Source: a virus | Taxonomy: Duplodnaviria > Caudoviricetes | Strand: one strand, 5' to 3' | Length of the DNA stretch: 57,611 bases | Virus record (IMG/VR): IMGVR_UViG_3300033407_000017 | Location: 1-57,611 of that record | Part shown: in pieces, positions 38,597-47,115 of the stretch | Position numbering within the stretch: the first letter of the stretch is position 1 | Layout of the letters: each line of letters begins with the position of its first letter | Program-made: the position numbers and the translations under genes | Notes under the pieces: model-generated | Seen by the model: only the letters and a program-made list of their open reading frames with translations | Told to the model about the DNA's origin: nothing | Database searches by the model: none

Positions 38597-38625
38597 TGGT
38601 CATTGGTCATTGGTCATTGGTCATT
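38591..38625. repeat. (GGTCATT)x5 tandem repeat
   Basis: Five exact copies. Confidence 0.95.
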
Positions 38626-38831
38626 CAAAGGGGCCAAGTCGTGAGAGCCAGTTCATCAGGATACTCACGTGTTTGATCTTTCCGTCTTCCATTGCGAGGA
38701 TGCATGGGAGTCGTGCTTGTTCTCGAATGAACTTCTCTCGTGCATTGAGCGGTGGCATGTGATGGTGCGGTGCGTTTGTTGGCTTCGAACGTGGCTTAGA
38801 ACGTGGCTTTGTCATGAACTCGTAGTGTAGT

Positions 38832-38956
38832 TTATTATTGTTGTTCATGCGTGCGAGAGACACAAACCGAGGGCCACTGTATAAATACAGTGTCCGTGTT
38901 GAAAATTTTTGTCGGTCGTTAGTCGTCCGCCTCGCACGCATGAAACACAATAATAA
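38832..38956. repeat. inverted-repeat element A
   Basis: Arms 38832-38857 and 38931-38956 match at 24/26; inner palindrome CACTGTAT-AA-ATACAGTG at 38875-38892. Confidence 0.9.
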
Positions 38957-39079
38957 TAGGGTTCTTGTTTTCAGAAGTAAATTGGTGTTTTGTCCTGTAA
39001 ATAGTGGGTTTTGTATTTCAATGTGGGTATTTCATTGAGTTTTTATTGTCATGAGAGAACCGACTTTTGATCGGAGTTT

Positions 39080-39526
39080 TTGATGTTGGTCGTCGGTGTG
39101 GACCCTGGTGTGACGACAGGTGTGGCGTTTGGAGTTCTTAAAAATGGGCATTTTGCGTTGGACAAGGGTTTCGAGTGTGCGGGTAGTCTTGAAGGCATTT
39201 TGACGCTTTCTCGTGAGATTAAAGGTTTCTTTGGCTCGAATCGTGGTGTTGTCGTTGTTGAGGACTTTCGTTTGCGTGGAGGGCCTGTTGGTACGACGAA
39301 GATAGAAGGACTTGCTCCGGTTGCTGTCGGTGCAATGTTGAAGATGTCGTTGTTCATGTTGAAGTTTGATGTCGCTGGTGGTGTCATGATGCAAACAGCG
39401 AGCCAAGCGAAGACAACCGTGACGAATGAGCGTCTGCGAGCGTTGGGGCTGTGGGTCGTCGGGAGTGAGCACATTCGTGATGCTGTGCGTCATGCTGAGC
39501 TCTGGTGTAGAAAGAATCAACGATAA
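39080..39526 (+). CDS. RuvC-like Holliday junction resolvase
   Basis: VGVDPG.TTG, VVVEDF, H..DA.RH. Confidence 0.8.
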   Translation: MMLVVGVDPGVTTGVAFGVLKNGHFALDKGFECAGSLEGILTLSREIKGFFGSNRGVVVVEDFRLRGGPVGTTKIEGLAPVAVGAMLKMSLFMLKFDVAGGVMMQTASQAKTTVTNERLRALGLWVVGSEHIRDAVRHAELWCRKNQR

Positions 39527-39709
39527 GTGGAAATACTAATGGAATGGAAAGGGGCGAAAATAGGGGGCACACTCGGCTCAGTGTGCAAACTCCCTGGTAG
39601 TTGATTCGTGGTATAGGTCTTTCGGCCCTAGGCGCCCACCTACCCCGGTGGTATGCTCTACTTACGCCGCCGGGGCATACCGGGGGCGGGAACCTAGGAG
39701 GTAGGAGTT

Positions 39710-40267
39710 ATGGCCAAGAAGCCAACCCAGGAAGCGTTGGACCAGGCGTTCGCCATGTGGCAGGGCGGGGGTTCCAACGGTGCCATCATGGAGGCCACGG
39801 GGCTGAACTACAGCCAGATGTGGCTGGACCGCCAGGACCGGACCATGGACGAGAACGGCCGGATCGCAACGCACGACAAGAACGGTCAGGCGTTGCCCGA
39901 CACCGTGGTGGCTGCGGCCATCGCCCGGCGCCGTGCGGCCGACGAGTCGTGGGGCTTGATCGCGGTGCGGTGCCGCCTGCCCGAGAGCCGTGTGCGGCGA
40001 ATCTTCGCCAACGCCACGGGCATCTCGTCGCAGGGGTTGCGCATCGGGCGGGGCGGCCGGTACGTCGCCGATGACCCCCGCTTCTACAGCGGTGCGGACC
40101 GCCCGAAGGTCGGCACCGAACTGGACCCGGGGCGCCCGGTGCTGGAGCAGGTGCCCACGGGCGACGAGAACCCCCGTCGCCTGCCGGTGGTGGCGGAGGC
40201 GCTGGTGCAGGGCACCACGCCCCCGAAGCCTCGGCGCACGCGCAAGGCCACGGCCAAGAAGGCCTAG
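39710..40267 (+). CDS. tandem-HTH protein with basic tail (paralog 1)
   Basis: IMEATGLNYSQ; ESWGLIAVRC.LPESRVRRIF; SQGLRIGRGGR; KPRRTRKATAKKA. Confidence 0.8.
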   Translation: MAKKPTQEALDQAFAMWQGGGSNGAIMEATGLNYSQMWLDRQDRTMDENGRIATHDKNGQALPDTVVAAAIARRRAADESWGLIAVRCRLPESRVRRIFANATGISSQGLRIGRGGRYVADDPRFYSGADRPKVGTELDPGRPVLEQVPTGDENPRRLPVVAEALVQGTTPPKPRRTRKATAKKA

Positions 40268-40343
40268 GCGGGTGATGGTTCCACCCTGGCCCATGGGTCG
40301 GGGTGGTTCCACCACCTACCCAGGTGGAACTAGGAGGTAGAAC

Positions 40344-40745
40344 ATGGCGGTCTATGTGATGGGTGGCACCGTCGGCACGGTGCCCGACGAAGAGGGACGC
40401 CCCGTGGCGTTCCGGGTGGATCGTGACTGCATGGTGCATTCCCGCATTTCGTTACTACCAGTGACGATGGTGGGAACCAACACACCTTCGGTCTTGGCTT
40501 ACGAGAGGGTATCGGTGGATACGATCATCGCCAACTCGTACGAAGAAGCAAGAACATTGCATATGCGGCTCAAGAACACGCCTTTAGGCCCGAAAGGCTT
40601 GTATGCCCAGCCCACTGTGGAGGAGAAGGTGGTCGCCCTGTGGAACACCGGGCACAGCCCGGAGGGGATCGCCATGAAACTGCACGTCCGTGAAGGGCGT
40701 GTGAGGCACATCCTGACGAACCTGGGGTACGTGGGTGGGTGGTAG
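40344..40745 (+). CDS. C-terminal HTH protein
   Basis: VVALWNTGHSPEGIAMKLHVREGRVRHIL; AGGAGGTAG RBS. Confidence 0.7.
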   Translation: MAVYVMGGTVGTVPDEEGRPVAFRVDRDCMVHSRISLLPVTMVGTNTPSVLAYERVSVDTIIANSYEEARTLHMRLKNTPLGPKGLYAQPTVEEKVVALWNTGHSPEGIAMKLHVREGRVRHILTNLGYVGGW

Positions 40746-40790
40746 TTCACCAGGGAGGTAGGGTTCCACGTGGCCCTACCTCCTAGGGCG

Positions 40791-40831
40791 GGAAGGGCGG
40801 TGCTCGGCTTCGGCTGGGTGCCGCCCTTTCC
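40791..40831 (+). terminator. strong hairpin with cUUCGg loop
   Basis: GGAAGGGCGGTGCTCGGC TTCG GCTGGGTGCCGCCCTTTCC. Confidence 0.65.
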
Positions 40832-40844
40832 ATTGTACCCATCC

Positions 40845-40987
40845 GAACCGTAGAACCCATGAACTACCGATGCATAGAACGTGCGAACTAATGAAGCACT
40901 GAACTATGCGAAAGGAAGAACGCTTAGAATCAAATGCTCATTGGTTCTGTTGTTCATTCGATCAGTGCTTCATCTCTTCGGTCGTTC
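40845..40987. repeat. 8-bp-periodic GAAC/GTTC array
   Basis: GAAN about every 8 bp over 40845-40930, then its complement every 8 bp over 40944-40987. Confidence 0.75.
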
Positions 40988-41132
40988 TTTCATGAGCCTT
41001 ATGAACTTAGAATCAATTGAAGGGTCGATCCGAAGATGAAATGAGGGGAGGGGTCCTTACTTTTGCGAACGAAGGAAGGGTGGTGGGGCCTGTTCACCAT
41101 TTTCGATCCCGTTCATATAAAGGAATTCGGAC

Positions 41133-41162
41133 TTGCTTGAAATCATTTCTTAGTGGTACACT
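41133..41162 (+). promoter_or_regulatory. housekeeping-sigma promoter
   Basis: TTGCTT-N18-TACACT with TGG extension. Confidence 0.6.
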
Positions 41163-41209
41163 GATTTCGGTTGGGGCGTACTGTTCCCAAATAGCCCCCG
41201 GAGGTAGAA

Positions 41210-41419
41210 GTGGACGGTTGGGAAGACCTTCAAGACCGTTGGGCTGCCGAGGCCGTGCGTGAACTCATGGAAGGCGACCGCCTGGCTACGCCAGCAGAAG
41301 CTCATTTAGAATGGCACCGTAATGCGGAAGTTCCCCTTGGGCAACCTTGCCCGATGGATGCGTGTGATCCGTACTACGACGAGCCCTACGACGAAGAGAC
41401 ACAGAAGGTAGAGGAATGA
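41210..41419 (+). CDS. hypothetical protein
   Basis: H.EWH......G..CP.DAC motif; GGAGG RBS. Confidence 0.6.
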   Translation: MDGWEDLQDRWAAEAVRELMEGDRLATPAEAHLEWHRNAEVPLGQPCPMDACDPYYDEPYDEETQKVEE

Positions 41420-41461
41420 CCGCATTCGCCGATCACGTCCGTTCGCACAGGGGGTAACAGA

Positions 41462-41791
41462 ATGATCAAGGTGTTCCACAAAAAGAAGCACCAGCCCATC
41501 ACTCCGAACCCGCCATCGATGAACCAGAGGATCCAGGCCCACATCAATCAGGAAGACCCCAACTACCTTCTGGAACTGCCCTTCGGTCTCATGGGCGATG
41601 GCAGTTGGATCTTCTTCGACAAGTACGGGCATTTCTTCCTTCGGTTTGACCCTCCGAACAACCTGTACCTGGAAGATCCAGATGGAGTTCGTGAAGAGAT
41701 TTACCTGGAGCCAGCATGGCTTCACGGTCACCTTGATATCATGAATTACACCATGGAACAGATTTACACCGACCTTCTCAACCACCACTGA
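41462..41791 (+). CDS. hypothetical protein
   Basis: ORF in the early gene run. Confidence 0.55.
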   Translation: MIKVFHKKKHQPITPNPPSMNQRIQAHINQEDPNYLLELPFGLMGDGSWIFFDKYGHFFLRFDPPNNLYLEDPDGVREEIYLEPAWLHGHLDIMNYTMEQIYTDLLNHH

Positions 41792-41806
41792 ACAGGAGGC
41801 AGAAAG

Positions 41807-41989
41807 ATGCCCACAATGGAAACCTCTAACTACAATGTTCAGTTGACCCTAAGTTCTCAGGAAGGATGGGAACTGCCGACAGAAAGTAGAATTGAAGAGA
41901 TGATCAAACAGTTCTTCGTGGCTCACAGAGGGCCGCATGGAGAGAGAATTGACTGCCTCTTCGTAGAAGTGAGCCTTGCAGAACATTGA
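41807..41989 (+). CDS. hypothetical protein
   Basis: AGGAGG RBS. Confidence 0.55.
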   Translation: MPTMETSNYNVQLTLSSQEGWELPTESRIEEMIKQFFVAHRGPHGERIDCLFVEVSLAEH

Positions 41990-42056
41990 TGCCATGAGTG
42001 ACACCATGGAAACGATTTACACCCGGTCTTCTCAACCCAGGGGCAAAGTGAACCTT

Positions 42057-42320
42057 ATGAAGACGACTGTTGTAAACATTCGAACAACCGATGACTACGA
42101 TGTATACATCGGCCGAGGGAGCCGATGGGGGAACCCGTTCAGAATTGGGCAAGATGGGACCAGGGCCGAAGTGATAGAGAAGTACCGCCGCCACTTGTTC
42201 GCAAACCCAGAACTCATGGATGCCGTAGGAACTCTTCGTGGGCAGCGGCTGGGTTGCTTCTGTCACCCGCTTGCCTGCCACGGAGACGTTCTCGCCGCCA
42301 TCGCAGATCGCCCTGACTGA
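42057..42320 (+). CDS. DUF4326 protein
   Basis: YDVYIGRGSRWGNPF, LRG..LGCFC.PL.CHGDVL. Confidence 0.9.
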   Translation: MKTTVVNIRTTDDYDVYIGRGSRWGNPFRIGQDGTRAEVIEKYRRHLFANPELMDAVGTLRGQRLGCFCHPLACHGDVLAAIADRPD

Positions 42321-42341
42321 TAAGGATCTAGGACACATAAC

Positions 42342-42638
42342 ATGAAAGTTGACATTGTTGAAAAGATAGAAAAGGAACTTCTAGAGGAAAGAATCCTCAG
42401 TGATCGCATTGCCGTCTACGAAATGTTAGAGTCTGCGGCGCCTAGTTTTTTTTCTGGGATGTGCCGATACAGTTGTGAATGTATACCGTTGAGCAGGAAC
42501 TGGACGCTAGATAGAGACGACTGTGAACTATGGTGGTATGCGATGACCGATGCTTGGTCTGGCTCTGTCAGAAACGCCCATGAGTTTCCTGACCTATATG
42601 GAACCTGGGCGTACCAAGACTTAAGAGAACCGAGGTAG
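42342..42638 (+). CDS. hypothetical protein
   Basis: ORF in a dense + strand run. Confidence 0.5.
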   Translation: MKVDIVEKIEKELLEERILSDRIAVYEMLESAAPSFFSGMCRYSCECIPLSRNWTLDRDDCELWWYAMTDAWSGSVRNAHEFPDLYGTWAYQDLREPR

Positions 42639-42640
42639 AA

Positions 42641-42829
42641 ATGGTTGATGAAGAGGCCCAGGAAGAAATTGATTTCTGGGTTGAGCACCATAGAAACCCG
42701 ACTAGTCACAAAGAAGGGCTTTGTGACTACTGCTTCGAAGAAGCCCTGGTCAGAGATCTTGGAGAAGAATCTTTGACTGAATACTACAGAGAAGTGCCCC
42801 CGCTTTTTCACACCAATGAAATAAAATAG
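42641..42829 (+). CDS. small protein with H..G.CDYC motif
   Basis: GAGGT RBS. Confidence 0.5.
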   Translation: MVDEEAQEEIDFWVEHHRNPTSHKEGLCDYCFEEALVRDLGEESLTEYYREVPPLFHTNEIK

Positions 42830-42838
42830 GAGGTAGGA

Positions 42839-43123
42839 ATGCAATTCCTTAAGGTGTATCGCAAGAACGACAACGACATTTACCTGAATGCAGACTTGAT
42901 CTCAGAACTTTACATTCGTAACATCAGCGATGGTGTTGCCATCTCCGCCAGGATGGCAGACGTGAAAGGGTCTTGTGAACACGTGAAGTCTTTCATTGGA
43001 GACCAGAACGAAGAGATGAAGTTGGCAGGTAACTACCTCTCGAAGATCATTGACATTCTTTCCAGAGGAAAGTCTGTGGAGTGCTGTGAAAGAACCGTGC
43101 GTGAATTCAGGGCGGCGTGGTAG
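42839..43123 (+). CDS. hypothetical protein
   Basis: IYLN.D.I motif; AGGAGGTAG RBS. Confidence 0.6.
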   Translation: MQFLKVYRKNDNDIYLNADLISELYIRNISDGVAISARMADVKGSCEHVKSFIGDQNEEMKLAGNYLSKIIDILSRGKSVECCERTVREFRAAW

Positions 43124-43132
43124 GTTGTTTCC

Positions 43133-43531
43133 ATGAGGGCAATAGGTTTCACAGGATCAAGAACAGACCGTTCTCCAGACCAAATGAAGCGACTACAGGC
43201 TTTGCTTCTCAAACTGATAGGGCTAGACGAACTTGAGAAGTTTCATCACGGAGACTGTGTAGGCGCTGATGCTCAGGCTCACCGTATCGCCAGGCAATGC
43301 GGCCTTTATATTATTCGTCATCCCCCAATGGAACCCGCAGGCAGGGCGTTCTGTGACTTTGATGAAGACAGGCCTCCAAAGCCGTTCTTGGTCAGAAACA
43401 AAGAGGTCGTTCGTGAGTCCGAGGCTATAATCGCCATGCCAGACGGACCAGAAAGACTTAGAAGTGGAACGTGGTCTACGGTTCGCTATGCACATTCGTT
43501 GGAAAGAGAAGTTTATATCATCGATCCATAG
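43133..43531 (+). CDS. SLOG-superfamily (YspA/DprA-like) protein
   Basis: IGFTGSR, HHGDCVGAD, RN..VV, RSGTW.TVRYA. Confidence 0.8.
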   Translation: MRAIGFTGSRTDRSPDQMKRLQALLLKLIGLDELEKFHHGDCVGADAQAHRIARQCGLYIIRHPPMEPAGRAFCDFDEDRPPKPFLVRNKEVVRESEAIIAMPDGPERLRSGTWSTVRYAHSLEREVYIIDP

Positions 43532-43540
43532 GGACGCATC

Positions 43541-43783
43541 ATGGCAACACGTCTACTTCATATCCCAGCGTGTGATCTCAGGGCTGGTGACATTGTTCGA
43601 ATAGACAAGGGTTTATTCGACAAATCCTTCACGTCTGACTGGAAGAGGGTGTGCGAGATCAGTATGGTTGGTTATGGAAACGAGAACTTTCCATCCTGCC
43701 AACTTGTCGGCATTAACCTTGATGGTGAAATCTTTTTCCTTCGATTCCAGGACCAAGTAGTGATCAGACAGGAGACAGAATGA
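43541..43783 (+). CDS. small beta-barrel-like protein
   Basis: PACDLRAGDIV; ATGA-coupled to the next gene. Confidence 0.55.
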   Translation: MATRLLHIPACDLRAGDIVRIDKGLFDKSFTSDWKRVCEISMVGYGNENFPSCQLVGINLDGEIFFLRFQDQVVIRQETE

Positions 43784-44037
43784 AAGCAATGGAGGAATTG
43801 CAGCGTGAAGTTTCAATGATGACAAGTCCGTGGAGATGGCCTCGGTGGCCGATCCTCTGCATGAAGCGATCGCCGATGGAGGAATCGAATTTTGGGTGTT
43901 TGGCTGAGATCGACGGTGAAGTAGCACCAACGATCTACCCACTAGTTCCTGGAGGATTCTTCAAGTACGATTTCGGCAAGCCAATGAAGTTCATGGACTT
44001 CGAGGCAATCTACGACGCTGGTTGGAGAGTTGATTGA
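43780..44037 (+). CDS. hypothetical protein
   Basis: WP.WP.L.MKR ... AGWRVD; AGGAG RBS. Confidence 0.65.
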   Translation: MKAMEELQREVSMMTSPWRWPRWPILCMKRSPMEESNFGCLAEIDGEVAPTIYPLVPGGFFKYDFGKPMKFMDFEAIYDAGWRVD

Positions 44038-44315
44038 TGGAACTTTTCGGACTTTTCGGACTTTTCGGATTCATCGTTGAAGGAGAAGGACCATTCCCAA
44101 CCGAGATGCTTTGTTTCGACCAATGTTGGCCTGCTCTGGAAGGGGACGCCCTCAAGATCCCGTATTCTCCGCCCCGGTCTGGGTTGCAAACCCTGAAAAG
44201 CAGAAAGAGAAGAACAATCAAACTAATCGGCTTGCACACACCATCCGCAGAGCGGTGGGCTGAGTTCGGGTGGAGGGTTTCTAATGTGATTTTCCCCCAG
44301 AGAAAGGTAGTATGA
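44034..44315 (+). CDS. hypothetical protein
   Basis: F.VEG.GPFP.EML.FD.CWP ... P..ERW..FGWRV. Confidence 0.65.
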   Translation: MMELFGLFGLFGFIVEGEGPFPTEMLCFDQCWPALEGDALKIPYSPPRSGLQTLKSRKRRTIKLIGLHTPSAERWAEFGWRVSNVIFPQRKVV

Positions 44316-44737
44316 ACATGAGCGCCGATAACTTCTGGCTTATCAGAAGAGACGGATCAAGATACGTTGTAAGCATGGAGTTCGCAAGTTCAGACGAACT
44401 TGAAGATCCGGAAGACAAAGATCCAAGATTCGATACTCTTGGAGAAGCGGTAGATTGGTGTACCAAGCAGGATCAGGAGGACCCCTATGGCGGAACAGAG
44501 TATGGAATTCAGTTTGGCCCTGGGGTTTCGTTCGAGAATGACGCCAGTGAATTCACTCAGTATGTTCTTGTCCTCACTCTTCCCGCAGAATGTTTACCCG
44601 ATAGTGGAATTAACCGAGTGTGTGATCTACTGAACGGATTGATCAGTGGCAAGGAATCTCCCGCCACGAGCGATGACCATGCGATCGTGTGTGTGAATGC
44701 TGTTGTTCGCCCCCTGAGCGAAGTCATGAACGCCTGA
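44312..44737 (+). CDS. hypothetical protein
   Basis: MSADN ... TEYGI; ATGA-coupled. Confidence 0.6.
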   Translation: MNMSADNFWLIRRDGSRYVVSMEFASSDELEDPEDKDPRFDTLGEAVDWCTKQDQEDPYGGTEYGIQFGPGVSFENDASEFTQYVLVLTLPAECLPDSGINRVCDLLNGLISGKESPATSDDHAIVCVNAVVRPLSEVMNA

Positions 44738-44988
44738 GCATTGCAAGAAATGTATGCCTTGGCGTACTATTGTGTTCGACGGGAGGTAGCCAGTTGAAAC
44801 CAGATCAGCAACCAAATGAACAATCGCAGGAAGAAAAGATCGTCACCACTCGTAAAACTTGCATAGAACTAACATGCCGAAGACACTACAAGGAACATTT
44901 CTACGGAGACGAAGACTGTTCGTACGTATATACGGAAGAAGACGGAATTCAGAGGAAGCATCAGCCAAAATAGAATGAAAGGAATAAA

Positions 44989-45180
44989 GTGGAAATCTTT
45001 ATCGTGATGAGAAAATCTAGAGACGGGTCTGCTCGGCCTGGTCACTGTTCAGAAAAGTTCTCTGTTATTGCCGCATATCAAAACAGGGGAGATGCAGAAA
45101 ACCACGCGCAGGAAGCGCAGGTAGCCAGTCCCGGGAACGAAGAGGAATGGTACGTACAGACCGCTGGAATTCTTCGCTAG
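44989..45180 (+). CDS. hypothetical protein
   Basis: AAGGA RBS; VIAAY.....AE pattern. Confidence 0.55.
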   Translation: MEIFIVMRKSRDGSARPGHCSEKFSVIAAYQNRGDAENHAQEAQVASPGNEEEWYVQTAGILR

Positions 45181-45201
45181 TGTCCAGAACTCAAAGGAAA
45201 G

Positions 45202-45230
45202 TTGTCAGAACCTACGCCACGGCGTAGGGT
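45202..45230 (+). promoter_or_regulatory. promoter with overlapping palindromic operator
   Basis: TTGTCA-N17-TAGGGT; CCTACGCC-AC-GGCGTAGG at 45211-45228. Confidence 0.7.
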
Positions 45231-45317
45231 GGTGGTGTCGGGCGGCGGCGGGGAAGTGCCCCCACCACAGAACCGTCGCCACCCGGCAAGAACTCAACCG
45301 ACAGGAAGGTAGCAGAA

Positions 45318-45506
45318 ATGGCACCGAAGAAGGTCACGCTGGAGTTTGCTCTGGAGCGTGAGACGAAGGGTACCCGTAGGTTCCAGGAACAAGGTGTGAA
45401 GGATGGCGAGCGTGCCGTGGTTGGCACGCTGTACGTCCTCAAGCCCACGCTGGAAACCCTCGGGAACCCCACGACGCTCAAGGTCACGATCGAACCCGGC
45501 GACTAG
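45318..45506 (+). CDS. small beta-rich protein with its own promoter
   Basis: ERETKGT.RF.E, VGTLYV.K..L, P..LKVTI. Confidence 0.7.
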   Translation: MAPKKVTLEFALERETKGTRRFQEQGVKDGERAVVGTLYVLKPTLETLGNPTTLKVTIEPGD

Positions 45507-45756
45507 TCGGATTCAGTTTACCCGGAGCCAACCCTGTGAATTCATGGGTAGTATCCCCATAACAGAAGAAGGGCTAGAAGGGTGCCAACGCTCGCAGGCC
45601 CCTTCACTCATTGACATTGGAGAACTGTGTGCTGCTCGTCTCCCTCTGGGGCGTAGTTGTTGACGCTAGGGTACATCCCATAGGTGATCCCTACTCACCG
45701 AACGGGTGCGGGCAGCACAGAGTTCTCTAAGAGTTCTCTAACCGGAAGGAGGTAGC

Positions 45757-45975
45757 ATGTTGGATTTCTTGAAGGACTGCATGATCGGAGTCCACGCCGC
45801 CAGGGTCAAGATTGCAAATTCGTTCTCAGTGCCAGAGATCATGGCGACACAATACGTGCCGGATGTCCTTGGTAAGGAGATGTTGGTCTTGGCGAACGGA
45901 ACCACCAAGATGATCGGCGAGTGGAGGGCTGGGGTGCCACCCACCCCGATTCTTCTGAAGAGGAAGTACCGATGA
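45757..45975 (+). CDS. hypothetical protein
   Basis: AGGAGGTAGC ATG. Confidence 0.55.
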   Translation: MLDFLKDCMIGVHAARVKIANSFSVPEIMATQYVPDVLGKEMLVLANGTTKMIGEWRAGVPPTPILLKRKYR

Positions 45976-46157
45976 AGCATGAGATGAGAATCCGTGAAGA
46001 GAACCCGCTGGGACGTGCAGGCTTCAGACCTTCCGCTGGAAACGATCTTCGTGTGCGATGCATTTGTGGAAGGTGGGAGGACAAGGCGGGTAGTGAGAAG
46101 GATGCTCTTGCTGCGTTTAGCATCCATCTCAACCAGGTCAAGCGAGGCAAGGCATGA
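45972..46157 (+). CDS. small putative Zn-binding protein
   Basis: H ... CICG.W ... A....H; ATGA-coupled. Confidence 0.55.
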   Translation: MKHEMRIREENPLGRAGFRPSAGNDLRVRCICGRWEDKAGSEKDALAAFSIHLNQVKRGKA

Positions 46158-46447
46158 TCGTTGACTACTACACCCACATCAAACTTGAGTTCAAGAAGGA
46201 GTACCCTTCTGCAGAAGAGATGGAAAAACTGATTGCAGAACGACTTGCCGGAGATCTGAAAAAGGGTCTCCGGCTTGTTCGTGTCCACGGCACGAAGGTT
46301 GCGGGGATTTCTGATGATTAGATCATTCCTTAATACGCCGGTTGCTACGTTAGTTCTTGGATCGTTCTTGTTCGGAGCTGTATTCGCTATCGTTAAGAAC
46401 ATTCTTCAATACAATGAGAAATACAAACAAATGGAGGAGTAGATAGA

Positions 46448-46714
46448 ATGGGAAGATCACACGTAGACGATCCCCCGGAGTTTCCAGACAAGCCTTGGCC
46501 TGGCCCTGAGGGCCCTGAGATCCCTCAAGAGGCTCTGAATATCGGAGACCCCATTGCAATACAAGCGTTCGAGGTTATTGTCGGAACACCCAGGACTAGG
46601 AGTCCAGAACAGGTAGCAAACGAGATCGCAAGAAGGGTTCGTGGACTGAAAAAGGAAAAGGAAAAGAAGAACAAGAAGAAGAAAGATAAGAGCAAGAAGA
46701 AGGAGAGGTCATAG
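46448..46714 (+). CDS. hypothetical protein with Lys-rich tail
   Basis: GGAGGAG RBS; KKEKEKKNKKKKDKSKKK. Confidence 0.55.
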   Translation: MGRSHVDDPPEFPDKPWPGPEGPEIPQEALNIGDPIAIQAFEVIVGTPRTRSPEQVANEIARRVRGLKKEKEKKNKKKKDKSKKKERS

Positions 46715-46962
46715 TGCAGGGCATCAAGATTCGTGGTGTTGGACGGCCAAGATCTAAGAAGCAGGTGAAGGAGGAGATTGCGACCGATCCATCTCGTGTT
46801 TTCGCAGAGGGAACCTCACTTCATGGTGGAGAATACGACGGCCCCATCAGCGAGATGCCTGAGGGGACAAAGGTCAACTTCGTTGGTCCAGACCCCTACA
46901 CAAACAGGAAGTTCTACGGAACTATCGTGAAGGACCAGAGCGGTAATATCAAAGTCTCGTGA
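46714..46962 (+). CDS. hypothetical protein
   Basis: RP.SKK..KE ... VGPDPYT.RKFYGTI; GGAGAGG RBS. Confidence 0.65.
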   Translation: MQGIKIRGVGRPRSKKQVKEEIATDPSRVFAEGTSLHGGEYDGPISEMPEGTKVNFVGPDPYTNRKFYGTIVKDQSGNIKVS

Positions 46963-46965
46963 AGG

Positions 46966-46994
46966 TTGCGTGAACATAGTGGTCGGAGTAGGGT
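46966..46994 (+). promoter_or_regulatory. housekeeping-sigma promoter
   Basis: TTGCGT-N17-TAGGGT. Confidence 0.65.
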
Positions 46995-47115
46995 GTCCGG
47001 TATCGGGCTGCCACCGGCCCGGAGAGCGGAAGGTGGGGGCGGGTGATGGAATCCCGTTTTGGATCCCGCCCCCATCTTCCAAAATAATACTTCCCAATAG
47101 GAGGTAGGAGGAAAT

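Noticed and set aside
38875-38892. CTGT...ACAG palindrome as an SOS box
   Set aside because: Spacer is 6 rather than 8 nt, and actinobacterial LexA binds GAAC-N4-GTTC.
40845-40987. GAAC array as LexA boxes or a CRISPR array
   Set aside because: No GAAC-N4-GTTC geometry and no repeat-spacer structure.
44042-44068. (ACTTTTCGG)x3
   Set aside because: In-frame 9-bp slippage (LFG x3) that does not change the frame.
45500-45750. tRNA genes in structured intergenic gaps
   Set aside because: No T-loop GTTCRA with correct arm spacing seen; tRNAscan/ARAGORN was not run.
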